Origin: a virus
DNA: 64,000 nt
Reading direction: 5' to 3' (one strand)
Virus record (IMG/VR): IMGVR_UViG_3300025646_000012
Location: 56,964 to 120,963 of that record
Shown: one piece after another, positions 36,922 through 45,152 of the stretch
Numbering within the stretch: the stretch's first letter is position 1
How the letters are laid out: every line of letters starts with the position of its first letter
Notes under the pieces: generated by a model
What the model was told of the DNA's origin: nothing
Seen by the model: only the letters and a program-made list of their open reading frames with translations
Database searches by the model: none
Position numbers and translations under genes: made by a program

Positions 36922-37905
36922 ATGAAAAATGTATTTTTACTAACTGCAGCACTTTCCCTTGCAGCAACTACCGCTTATGCTCGTGATAATATCCAAATTA
37001 CTGGATCCAGTACTGTTCTCCCATATGCAACTATTGTTGCGGAAGCATTTGGTGAAAACTTTGATTTTCCAACGCCAATTGTAGAAGGTGGTGGTTCTGG
37101 TGCCGGTCGTAAAAGACTTTGTGAAGGTGTAGGTACTAATACTGTTGATATTGCTAACAGTAGTTCTAAAATGAAAGAAGAAGAATGGGCAGCTTGTGAA
37201 GCAGCAATTGGTCCAATCACAGAAGTTCGTATTGGTTATGATGGCATCGTATTTGCCAGCCGTAATGAAAATCAAGGTTTTAATAACTTAACTCCAGCTC
37301 ACATCTACCTTGCTATCAGTGCAAGATCAACTGTTACTAACTGGCAAGAGGTTGACCCATCACTTCCTAACCGTGACATCTTAGTCTATATTCCAGGAAC
37401 CAAACACGGCACACGTGAAGTGTTTGATATTAAAGTAATGGAAGAAGGCTGTAAGATGGTAGGGACCTACGATCTTATTATGAGACAAAATGGTGGTGAT
37501 GCCAAGGCTGCTACTGCTGAATGTGTTACAGTTCGTACAGACAGTGTTGCAATAGATATTGATGGTGATTATACCGAAACACTTTCCAGAATGGAAAATA
37601 ATACCAATGGTATTGGTGTATTTGGTCTAAGTTTCTTACTTAATAACACATCAACTCTATATGCTGCTACAATGAACGGCGTATCTGCCAGTGCAGAAAC
37701 CATTGCTAGTGGTGAATATCCTGTAAGTCGTCCACTTTATTTCTATATAAAGAATGCACACCTAGATGTAATACCTGGTTTAAGAGATTACATTCAATTC
37801 TTTATGAGTGATGATATGGCAGGACCAAACGGACCTCTAGCAGAATATGGCTTGGTATCAGATCCTGAACTGGCTGAAACTCAGAAAATGTTATCAGGTC
37901 TTTAA
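36922..37905 (+). CDS. pstS: Phosphate ABC transporter substrate-binding protein PstS
   Basis: Signal peptide, GSSTVLPY, GGSGAG, IGYDGIV, HGTR, YPVSRPLYFY. Confidence 0.93.
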   Translation: MKNVFLLTAALSLAATTAYARDNIQITGSSTVLPYATIVAEAFGENFDFPTPIVEGGGSGAGRKRLCEGVGTNTVDIANSSSKMKEEEWAACEAAIGPITEVRIGYDGIVFASRNENQGFNNLTPAHIYLAISARSTVTNWQEVDPSLPNRDILVYIPGTKHGTREVFDIKVMEEGCKMVGTYDLIMRQNGGDAKAATAECVTVRTDSVAIDIDGDYTETLSRMENNTNGIGVFGLSFLLNNTSTLYAATMNGVSASAETIASGEYPVSRPLYFYIKNAHLDVIPGLRDYIQFFMSDDMAGPNGPLAEYGLVSDPELAETQKMLSGL

Positions 37906-37920
37906 TTTACCGAATAATAT

Positions 37921-37951
37921 AAAAAAGGCGGCATTTAGCCGCCTTTTCTTT
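37921..37951. terminator. Bidirectional terminator between pstS and the OMP gene
   Basis: aaaaggcggc-attta-gccgcctttt. Confidence 0.85.
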
Positions 37952-37974
37952 ATTTTTTACCGAATAAGGTAAAA

Positions 37975-38334
37975 TCAGAATGCTAGACGAGTACCGATAG
38001 TTACGTCACCGAACTCAAAGTCTGCATCAGCTGAAACTTCACCGTATACTTCTACAGCGCCATACTGATATGCGGCATCAAAATCCACACCAGTGAAAAG
38101 ATCATTGTCAGTGTTTAGGTCTAGAAGATCCCAAGTAGTTTCTGCATTGAAAGTTACGCCCCACTTTGAGAAGCCAGCGCCAGTAGTAAGATCCAAAGCA
38201 TAATCCTCTACACCAGTAGTGTAGTTAAAATCAACTTCGCCGCCGATGTTAATACCAGTGTCGCCAAGTTCCCAAGCTGAAGCAGCAGACGCTGCGCCAA
38301 AAAGTACTGCAGTTGCAAGAAGAATATTTTTCAT
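37975..38334 (-). CDS. Small outer-membrane beta-barrel/porin-like protein
   Basis: Signal peptide (ASA), amphipathic beta strands, C-terminal Phe (RLAF). Confidence 0.7.
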   Translation of the reverse strand: MKNILLATAVLFGAASAASAWELGDTGINIGGEVDFNYTTGVEDYALDLTTGAGFSKWGVTFNAETTWDLLDLNTDNDLFTGVDFDAAYQYGAVEVYGEVSADADFEFGDVTIGTRLAF

Positions 38335-38359
38335 TTTAGTTCCCTATTGTTTGAATGAA

Positions 38360-38663
38360 AGTGCAACTTTTCTGTTTCTAGGTAAGTTGCCAACCCACCA
38401 GCATTAGGCCGCTAGGGCGTAACCTGTAGGAGCAAAGTTATCGTTTGCATTTAGTTTAATTGACCGATACGAGGTCATCCGGTAAACTCCACTCTATCTT
38501 CACACCTGTCGATCCTAATTTCGACCCCATCAAAGATACACTGCCAAACGGCGTAAAGCCTGTCCCCGTGTAACTGAATACCCTAAACAGTGTATCTATG
38601 GTGGAGTCGCTGGGTACCGCCCCCAGGTCCAGAATGTGTCCACGTCGCTTCAACGTTTACAAG
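38360..38663 (-). ncRNA. ssrA: Permuted two-piece tmRNA, alphaproteobacterial type (outer ends approximate)
   Basis: Acceptor piece ends GACUCCACCA at 38599; intervening segment 38529-38598; coding piece starts GGGGUCGA at 38528; tag 38448-38404 = ANDNFAPTGYALAA*. Confidence 0.93.
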
Positions 38664-38732
38664 TATATTTAATCATATTACATGGTAAATGTAAACAACT
38701 AAATTTAAAAATTATTGTGTGTATTATTTATG

Positions 38733-39017
38733 TCACAATTGATTATCATGAATATAAAGTTGAATGATTGCATAGTGCAGAATCTTCATAAGATCCTTAC
38801 GAGCATCATCACGAGTGCCTTTATTTCCATAACGATTGGAATACTTATCGACATTTCCCATACAGAAACCTGTACCGTGACCACGGTCAATGATTACTTC
38901 TGTTGATTGAATCTTGTGTTTGGAATAGTGTTGTCCATATGTACTATCAATATATTCTTGAATCTCTTGAATATATTTGCCTTCATTAAATTTATAATCA
39001 ATCATTTCATTATCCAT
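38733..39017 (-). CDS. DUF3310-like small phage protein
   Basis: YIDSTYGQHY, GFCMGNVDKY, DLMKILHY. Confidence 0.7.
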   Translation of the reverse strand: MDNEMIDYKFNEGKYIQEIQEYIDSTYGQHYSKHKIQSTEVIIDRGHGTGFCMGNVDKYSNRYGNKGTRDDARKDLMKILHYAIIQLYIHDNQL

Positions 39018-39042
39018 AGATTAAGAGTAGTTGGTTGGCAGC

Positions 39043-39996
39043 TCACGCTGCCAACGCCATTTTTACTGCAAGCTCTGCGGCTTGAACCTTACGAGCCTGG
39101 TTTGAACCATACCATTGGCTGTGAAGCCGATTTTCTGCATTCCGACCTTGCACGTGATCCGTAATGTAGGTTACGGAATTGAATGCCTGCCACCAGGTAC
39201 CTTCAGCATATTGTGCACCAGGTTGTGTTTCCAAAACATCGAAAGCCTGACGAGCACTACGAGACAAAGTATCCTTTGTGAGTTCTTTACGCTTTTCCAA
39301 GCCAGAGGACAGGGGAAACACATTGTCATAGTACTGGAGCAAGGATTCAGCTGTAACTTTACGCGAACCAAGAAACTCAGCCATTTCCTTATATTTTGCA
39401 AATTTCTCGTGAGCAATGCCGAGAGTTACTTTAACCGAGTCAGCATCAAAAGTGGTACGATGACCAACTTTGATGGCACGATCCGATTTCATATTCAGAG
39501 ACATTGTCAAGGTATTGTTGCAAACCACTCGGATCGGAGTGAACCGAATATCAATTGCCTTACCGTATTGGTGAGGATTTGAGAAAAGCATAAAGGAGTC
39601 AACCTGGTCACCACCAAAAAGGTCAAAGGATTCTTTAACTTTGGCAAGAGCCCACACAACCTGTCCGCCTTTCAACGAACCAGCCGTATGCATTTCCATA
39701 TCACCAGCAAGAACATATTCAGAAAAGAATTCAAATGCGGTTTGGTTTTGAACCGGTTTCCAATCCTCACCAACGTTTGTAAGAATTTTACCATCGGTAC
39801 CACGGACCAGAGATTTCTGACCTGTGGATTTACGAACACCATTGAACTCGATGAACGATTCAACTTCATGTACTTCCCAATCCACGCCAGCCTTCTGCAT
39901 CATTTGTGCAGGAGTCAGATCATTGGATACCTTTTCACCAAGCCCGTGCCAGGGAAGTTCACCAGCATAAGCCATTGTTTCAACCATATGTGCCAT
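39043..39996 (-). CDS. DUF932 family phage/plasmid protein
   Basis: PWHGLG, PVQN, TAGSLKGG, TPIRVVCNNTL, FNSVTY..DH. Confidence 0.85.
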   Translation of the reverse strand: MAHMVETMAYAGELPWHGLGEKVSNDLTPAQMMQKAGVDWEVHEVESFIEFNGVRKSTGQKSLVRGTDGKILTNVGEDWKPVQNQTAFEFFSEYVLAGDMEMHTAGSLKGGQVVWALAKVKESFDLFGGDQVDSFMLFSNPHQYGKAIDIRFTPIRVVCNNTLTMSLNMKSDRAIKVGHRTTFDADSVKVTLGIAHEKFAKYKEMAEFLGSRKVTAESLLQYYDNVFPLSSGLEKRKELTKDTLSRSARQAFDVLETQPGAQYAEGTWWQAFNSVTYITDHVQGRNAENRLHSQWYGSNQARKVQAAELAVKMALAA

Positions 39997-40028
39997 AATG
40001 TAGGGTTCCTTTCATTTCCTATAGTAGT

Positions 40029-40057
40029 ATAGTAATACATCTAAAATGAAATGTAAA
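40029..40057 (-). promoter_or_regulatory. Sigma70-like early promoter
   Basis: TTTACA-N17-TACTAT. Confidence 0.7.
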
Positions 40058-40086
40058 CACTTTTTTTTAATTATTTGAAAAAAAAT

Positions 40087-40710
40087 TTAGTCCCATAGTG
40101 CTTCATAATACTTACCAAATAGTTGGAAGCCGTTGCTCATACGTTTTTGATGAGCTTTCATTCCTTCACGATCACATGATTCAAAGCTTCCTCCTAATGC
40201 TTTAGAATCATCTTCGATCCATTCACCGTAGTAATCACTTTCCCAATCACCACGGATCTTTTGCTCAAACGCCCAGATCATTTCATCAAGAACCCATTCC
40301 CAACGAGCGTGATGATTGTCGTCAATGTCACCATTCCAAAACTCTTTATCGTTGGGACTATTGTTTCTAAGATGCTCAGGAACATCTACATCGTCAACAT
40401 AAGGAGAACCATGCTTAGTCTCTTTCAGTTGCTTGAGCATCGGAACAACGATATGAGCAAGAGTGTGATCCATGCTCCAAGTATCTTCACGATCAATGCG
40501 AATATTAATTTTACGTTCTAGTTCTACCTTGTCGAGATACAGGTTGATGGTGTGGTTGTAGATCCACTGAAAAACATCTTCTACTCGTTCCCAAGCACGG
40601 TCTTCCCAGTCTTTGTTATCAGTCCACTCAAGACCATACTTCAACATCATATGACGATCGTGGATGGTGCTAATCCAACGACTACGATATGGTCCGATAT
40701 AGATTTTCAT
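40087..40710 (-). CDS. Conserved phage hypothetical protein
   Basis: DTWSMDHTLA, WEWVLDEMIWAF, LFGKYYEALWD. Confidence 0.75.
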   Translation of the reverse strand: MKIYIGPYRSRWISTIHDRHMMLKYGLEWTDNKDWEDRAWERVEDVFQWIYNHTINLYLDKVELERKINIRIDREDTWSMDHTLAHIVVPMLKQLKETKHGSPYVDDVDVPEHLRNNSPNDKEFWNGDIDDNHHARWEWVLDEMIWAFEQKIRGDWESDYYGEWIEDDSKALGGSFESCDREGMKAHQKRMSNGFQLFGKYYEALWD

Positions 40711-40719
40711 TTTGCTTTC

Positions 40720-40953
40720 CTATATTTGCGATGTTACTTGCATTTGAATAGGGCAATCAAGGTTGCTACAATAGTAACTCATCACGCCTTCCCAACGTAT
40801 TCCACATCTAGTGCACGTGGTGCTGTTTGACTTCAACGGTGTCATTGGAACAACTGGAGGCACATAGGTAATACGATCAAGCTTTGCTTCAAGGTCTCTT
40901 ACCTGAGCTTGCAGTTCCCAGATCTGTTCTTGAAGATCTTCAATTCCGCTCAT
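40720..40953 (-). CDS. Small coiled-coil plus Zn-ribbon protein
   Basis: Start MSGIEDLQ; CTRCG and CSNLDC. Confidence 0.6.
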   Translation of the reverse strand: MSGIEDLQEQIWELQAQVRDLEAKLDRITYVPPVVPMTPLKSNSTTCTRCGIRWEGVMSYYCSNLDCPIQMQVTSQI

Positions 40954-41078
40954 TTCAAATACTCTTTTAAATAAATTGCAATTACACGCCAAGGAATGTG
41001 GCCCATCTGCAATGGGCCTTGATTGGTTTCCTCAATCAGCCAGATACCATCATCATCAAAGTCTAATGTAATGCTCAT
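40950..41078 (-). CDS. Small hypothetical protein, 42 aa (not in the ORF track)
   Basis: MSITLDFDDDGIWLIEE...; ATGA-coupled on both sides. Confidence 0.5.
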   Translation of the reverse strand: MSITLDFDDDGIWLIEETNQGPLQMGHIPWRVIAIYLKEYLK

Positions 41079-41269
41079 CCCCAATCCTCAAGCGTATGCT
41101 TTAATTGTACCAAAATCTGATTCAGTTGTAAACGGTCTTGTTCACGAGTACAATAGATTTTTACAGGACGATGGGCGAATCCTTCGTCAGTTGTTTCAGT
41201 CTTATCCAATAGAACAAATAGCTCTTTGACAAGAACATCATATGCTTGTGCTTTACTTGTTAGGCTCAT
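41075..41269 (-). CDS. Small hypothetical protein
   Basis: Start MSLTSKAQ; LDKTETTDEG..RP. Confidence 0.6.
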   Translation of the reverse strand: MSLTSKAQAYDVLVKELFVLLDKTETTDEGFAHRPVKIYCTREQDRLQLNQILVQLKHTLEDWG

Positions 41270-41382
41270 TATAGTAACCACTTCCCTAAGTATAGTCCAA
41301 TTGCAAACGTTGTTAGAGGAAAAAGTTTAATTGAAGTCTTCGTGAACCCTTCCTTGAAACCTTTCCAGAAATGCTTAATCAT
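41269..41382 (-). CDS. Small membrane peptide, 37 aa (not in the ORF track)
   Basis: MIKHFWKGFKEGFTKTSIKLFPLTTFAIGLYLGKWLL; fills the gap, TAATG-coupled. Confidence 0.45.
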   Translation of the reverse strand: MIKHFWKGFKEGFTKTSIKLFPLTTFAIGLYLGKWLL

Positions 41383-41575
41383 TACAAATCTCTTCATCTT
41401 CTTCGTACGTCAAAAAGATTTTCAGAGTCTTACCATCATCTTGCAAGTCTGGCACAACAGCCTGAACGTTGTTTTTCACATAAGCACGACCGGTGTTGTC
41501 GATTACCTCAACACGATTTACTGCTTCAAAACTTGGATAGCCTTTTTCAAAAACTGGAGATTCAAACCGTGACAT
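41375..41575 (-). CDS. Small hypothetical protein
   Basis: RVEVIDNTGRAYV...QDDGKTLKIF. Confidence 0.65.
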   Translation of the reverse strand: MSRFESPVFEKGYPSFEAVNRVEVIDNTGRAYVKNNVQAVVPDLQDDGKTLKIFLTYEEDEEICND

Positions 41576-42002
41576 CTTCTACTACCTTTTCAAATTGACC
41601 ATTGACAACTTTCAGAGTTGCCCGAGGAACATTGATATCACCAACCAAACGAATATATGCTCGACCACCATCAATGCTTGTACCACCAACACTATAGAAG
41701 TCATGACGATGTTGACTGTAGTGCCACTGATCATTTACTTCAATCATATCAAACGTAAGATCTTCAACAATATCTGCATTGGTAATCATGATTTCGGCGT
41801 AGCCTGCATATGGATTACGATACAACCCGAAATAACGATTACCGAATTCAGGGTGTGGTTTCTCACGATAGAACACATCAACTGCCTGAGTACCACTACC
41901 AAGTGCAGTAGTGCAAACATATGTCACTGGAACTCCATCCTTTTCAGAATAGAGTTCACAAGCAGTTTGAGTATTAAATTGTGGGCGATGATGAATGTTC
42001 AT
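41562..42002 (-). CDS. Hypothetical protein
   Basis: PHPEFGNRYFG, YSQHRHDF, IDGGRAY. Confidence 0.7.
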   Translation of the reverse strand: MNIHHRPQFNTQTACELYSEKDGVPVTYVCTTALGSGTQAVDVFYREKPHPEFGNRYFGLYRNPYAGYAEIMITNADIVEDLTFDMIEVNDQWHYSQHRHDFYSVGGTSIDGGRAYIRLVGDINVPRATLKVVNGQFEKVVEDVTV

Positions 42003-42304
42003 CGGTTATCAAACCTCCAGTTACGGATATGTTCAAGCTTTTTCTCTTTTGACCACGTAGTCAGATAGTTATTGTCTTTATCAAATTGTTCTAGGATTTC
42101 ATCCTCAGTAAGAACATTATAGTCAACAATGAGTTCACCAAGGTGTTCCTGAGAGAATTCATCCACTTCATTCATTACAACACTATCACAAGCCCATGCA
42201 GGATCCACAGGCATATCTTCATTCATCTTTTGAAGATCATCCAACGGAATGCAATACCGCATACGATGGGTTGAAATGGCCGTAACCAAAACGTATTTAT
42301 TCAT
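41999..42304 (-). CDS. Hypothetical protein
   Basis: GGAG RBS; EFSQEHLGE. Confidence 0.65.
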   Translation of the reverse strand: MNKYVLVTAISTHRMRYCIPLDDLQKMNEDMPVDPAWACDSVVMNEVDEFSQEHLGELIVDYNVLTEDEILEQFDKDNNYLTTWSKEKKLEHIRNWRFDNR

Positions 42305-42504
42305 GTCAATTTCTCCAGCCAATAGAGTCGTACGTGTTCTTTCCATGATTTATTATAATCAAATGGACCAGAATTGTAAATATCTTTTTCAACCATATCT
42401 TCAAAGTCTGAACGAACAGGCTTAGCGTTAATGCGATCCAGCTCTGATTGAATAGCAATACGAACATTTAGTTGTTCACGCCATTTATTGAAATCGTCAC
42501 TCAT
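42301..42504 (-). CDS. Hypothetical protein
   Basis: ATGA-coupled ORF. Confidence 0.6.
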   Translation of the reverse strand: MSDDFNKWREQLNVRIAIQSELDRINAKPVRSDFEDMVEKDIYNSGPFDYNKSWKEHVRLYWLEKLT

Positions 42505-42677
42505 CTCCGATTCTTCCCTGCTGCGAGTTCATCTAAAATAAACGAGGTCACGCTTACACCTGAAATTTTTTCTTCAACAGGTCTACACACTATGACATGA
42601 CCTAACGGCGCGAACCGTATGTAGTTTATTGCTCGTCTAGTCAGAGGCCCATTTGTGATAATCAGCGTTTTGCTCAT
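42501..42677 (-). CDS. Small hypothetical protein, 58 aa (not in the ORF track)
   Basis: MSKTLIITNGPL...; coupled to both neighbours by ATGA overlaps. Confidence 0.5.
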   Translation of the reverse strand: MSKTLIITNGPLTRRAINYIRFAPLGHVIVCRPVEEKISGVSVTSFILDELAAGKNRR

Positions 42678-42985
42678 CCCCGGCCCTCCCCTGCCTTCTT
42701 GATGATCGCCGCCACTTCGGCAGGGTCGGATGCGAGGGCGCGGATGGCCTCGTGTCTTGCGTCCATATCTGCGACTACAAGGCTGCGCTCGCCGTGTTCT
42801 TCGACAGCGTATGCTCGCCCATCAAGCATCAAATTAGCCGCCTGAAACAGCGCCGCCGTCACGATAGCTTCTTCCCTTGCCTCCAGTTCCTCGATCCGAT
42901 CGGCTGCTTCTTCGAGAGTCTCCCACACCTGAGCATGAGACATGCTTCCTGTATTTCGCAGCCGCTTCACCAGATCGTCACTCAT
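42674..42985 (-). CDS. GC-rich hypothetical protein (MSDDLVKRLR...EAADRIEELE type)
   Basis: Motif common in alphaproteobacterial phage early genes; GTG start at 42994 also possible. Confidence 0.65.
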   Translation of the reverse strand: MSDDLVKRLRNTGSMSHAQVWETLEEAADRIEELEAREEAIVTAALFQAANLMLDGRAYAVEEHGERSLVVADMDARHEAIRALASDPAEVAAIIKKAGEGRG

Positions 42986-43052
42986 CACACTCACCGATCC
43001 TCCTCTGCTGCCTTCTTGATGATCGCCGCCACCTCTGCGGGGTTGGATGCGA
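42691..43052 (-). repeat. 45-bp direct repeat (42691-42735, 43008-43052; 4 mismatches) encoding a shared C-terminal peptide
   Basis: ASDPAEVAAIIKKA vs ASNPAEVAAIIKKA. Confidence 0.9.
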
Positions 43053-43203
43053 CACGGCGGATAGAATTAGCTGCATCCCACGCAGCAGAAGACTTAGGTG
43101 GGTTGGACAATAACATTGCGGTGTTACGCAATTCGTCTTCGCAGCATGTTACCGCCCTCTCCAGCGCCGCACGCACGATGGCTTCATGTAGCTTGTCACT
43201 CAT
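42991..43203 (-). CDS. GC-rich hypothetical protein
   Basis: GGAGG RBS, start MSDKLHEA. Confidence 0.65.
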   Translation of the reverse strand: MSDKLHEAIVRAALERAVTCCEDELRNTAMLLSNPPKSSAAWDAANSIRRVASNPAEVAAIIKKAAEEDR

Positions 43204-43276
43204 AGAAAACCTCCAGGATTGCTCCACCAACAACAAGGACCACAAGAAAGATTGCTACTGCTGCTACGGTTCCCAT
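43196..43276 (-). CDS. 26-aa single-TM peptide (not in the ORF track)
   Basis: MGTVAAVAIFLVVLVVGGAILEVFYE; GGAGG RBS, TAATG-coupled. Confidence 0.5.
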   Translation of the reverse strand: MGTVAAVAIFLVVLVVGGAILEVFYE

Positions 43277-43464
43277 TAGTTTGCCTCCACCCAATCATTC
43301 TGCATTTGAATGATCATTTTCATTTCAAGATTCTCTGCAACCTTCTCGAGGTTCTCAGCAGCAAAGATCAGCTCTTCAAGAATGCGCTGACGATCATGAC
43401 CAAAAGTATCAGCTCGACGAGCAATGCCACGTAGGCTTTTTGCAAATTCATAATATTCCATCAT
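43276..43464 (-). CDS. Small hypothetical protein
   Basis: Coupled ORF with RBS. Confidence 0.6.
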   Translation of the reverse strand: MMEYYEFAKSLRGIARRADTFGHDRQRILEELIFAAENLEKVAENLEMKMIIQMQNDWVEAN

Positions 43465-43661
43465 TTGTTGACTCCGGCCTTATAGATTTCCAATTTATAC
43501 AAAACTTCATATAAACTAGTACAAAAGTTCTCATCACTCCATATACCTTCACCCGAACCGTCATCCTTGACAAGCCAATAACCCCAGCCCGTGTCGTCGC
43601 GGTCAGCTTCGATCCTAACACCAAGTCCCTTGCCGATCTTGCGAAGTTCTTTGAGTTTCAT
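43461..43661 (-). CDS. Small hypothetical protein
   Basis: First ORF after an early promoter. Confidence 0.6.
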   Translation of the reverse strand: MKLKELRKIGKGLGVRIEADRDDTGWGYWLVKDDGSGEGIWSDENFCTSLYEVLYKLEIYKAGVNK

Positions 43662-43689
43662 GATATAACCTTCCATTGCCTATAGTAGT

Positions 43690-43718
43690 ACTATATCACG
43701 TCTAGTCGGGTATGTAAA
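43690..43718 (-). promoter_or_regulatory. Sigma70-like early promoter
   Basis: TTTACA-N17-TATAGT with extended TG. Confidence 0.7.
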
Positions 43719-43750
43719 CAACTTTGTTTTGTTTAAAAGCAATCACTTAG

Positions 43751-44581
43751 TCAAAAATGAAAAGAAATTTTGCCTTCGGTTCTATATGGAAAATTTCTAC
43801 TTTGCATGTACATACGTAGTGGCTTTTTATCATCGTCTTTTAACTGCCATTCTAAGGAATGATACATGAAAAAGACGTGTGGATCCAGTAATGGATATCT
43901 AAGCTGAATATCATGTTTGTGATAGTAGTGACTGGATTCTCTAAAGAATGTTGTAGCTAGTTGATAGTCTCGTGTATCAAGGTATTCATCAGCGCCGAGA
44001 CCTAAGAGCAAAGTCTTACATGTGTATTGTGCCAAACCATCTGCGGCAACCTCGTGTGCTTCTTTGGTATCATCATATTTATCAATAAGGATGCCTTCGG
44101 TTAACCAAAGTCTCTGATTTAGTACCTTCATATCCTCTACCGCTTTTACCGATAGAGTATTGAATTTTAAATCTTGACTGAGAGCCGATGCTACTATGGT
44201 ACCACTATCATGACCTGAACTCATAGTAATCCAAGGATCGTCTATACAGCGTAATTTTACAGCGTCGTCAATGGCTTGAAATAACTCATCATATGTACCT
44301 CTTACCTTTATACCTTGAGGTGGTTTGTAAAAAAGACTAGATATTTCTATATTTTCTTTATGATAGATTATTTCATTATTCTGTACAACCAGTGTAGAAT
44401 TTCTAGGTAATTTATTAAAAGTCTGAGTGCCAGCAAAGTCAGTAATATAGACGGTTTTATTTCCGTCTATAATCTCAATGGTATAATCACCTTTTATATG
44501 GTTATGGGTATAAAGACCTTCGGATAGATATATTTCTTTTATATCAAAAGGGCAGAATCCATGGACTTTAATATCAAGCAT
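43751..44581 (-). CDS. Asparagine synthase-like ATP pyrophosphatase (compact)
   Basis: MSSGHDSG, LLGLGADE, LRYPLLD. Confidence 0.7.
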   Translation of the reverse strand: MLDIKVHGFCPFDIKEIYLSEGLYTHNHIKGDYTIEIIDGNKTVYITDFAGTQTFNKLPRNSTLVVQNNEIIYHKENIEISSLFYKPPQGIKVRGTYDELFQAIDDAVKLRCIDDPWITMSSGHDSGTIVASALSQDLKFNTLSVKAVEDMKVLNQRLWLTEGILIDKYDDTKEAHEVAADGLAQYTCKTLLLGLGADEYLDTRDYQLATTFFRESSHYYHKHDIQLRYPLLDPHVFFMYHSLEWQLKDDDKKPLRMYMQSRNFPYRTEGKISFHF

Positions 44582-45143
44582 TTTCTAGTGGGTTACCGCC
44601 TTCATCACAAGGTGTTATTGATACACTACACTGAATTTCAAATGTAGTATCAAAGTATTCCCAACCAAGTTCTTCCACACCTTCTTCATTATTTTCATAA
44701 AAGGCTTCGGAAGCTTGTTCTGCCATGGATTCCTTTTCATCATAACTGAGTTCAGTTTTAAATGAATATGCAATCCAATCTTCCCAGATACCATCCCATG
44801 CTTCAATAACTGTTGCATTGGAATAATCATCTGTTACATCAACAAATTCATCCGATTCACTTGGTAGCAATTTACTTGTGATAATTTCAGCGTTGGTTTT
44901 GGATTCCATCTGATCCTCAAACCCATAATCGTTTACCCACTCCAAAAAAGTTTCATAACCCTGGTCACTAATATAATCATTAATTTCCTCGTCAGTCTCA
45001 GGTACTGAAAAAAGAAATGAACCCCAGCGCCAACCTAGTTCTCTTTTAAGAAAAATATAATTGCCATTTTCATCCTTCCTACGAAAGATGGTATTTTCAA
45101 TTACTGATTTTTTATGGGTCGGTTCAATACGATAATATTTCAT
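44574..45143 (-). CDS. Acidic hypothetical protein
   Basis: Long ORF with RBS; ELGWRWG. Confidence 0.65.
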   Translation of the reverse strand: MKYYRIEPTHKKSVIENTIFRRKDENGNYIFLKRELGWRWGSFLFSVPETDEEINDYISDQGYETFLEWVNDYGFEDQMESKTNAEIITSKLLPSESDEFVDVTDDYSNATVIEAWDGIWEDWIAYSFKTELSYDEKESMAEQASEAFYENNEEGVEELGWEYFDTTFEIQCSVSITPCDEGGNPLENA

Positions 45144-45152
45144 AATTATATC

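Noticed and set aside
38456-38653. 65-aa minus-strand ORF
   Set aside because: Lies entirely within the tmRNA; spurious
39115-40032. Long plus-strand ORFs (155 and 114 aa)
   Set aside because: Antisense shadows of the DUF932 gene with no RBS or recognisable motifs
42752-43279. 175-aa plus-strand ORF
   Set aside because: Antisense shadow favoured by the locally higher GC; the minus-strand ORFs have RBSs and coupling
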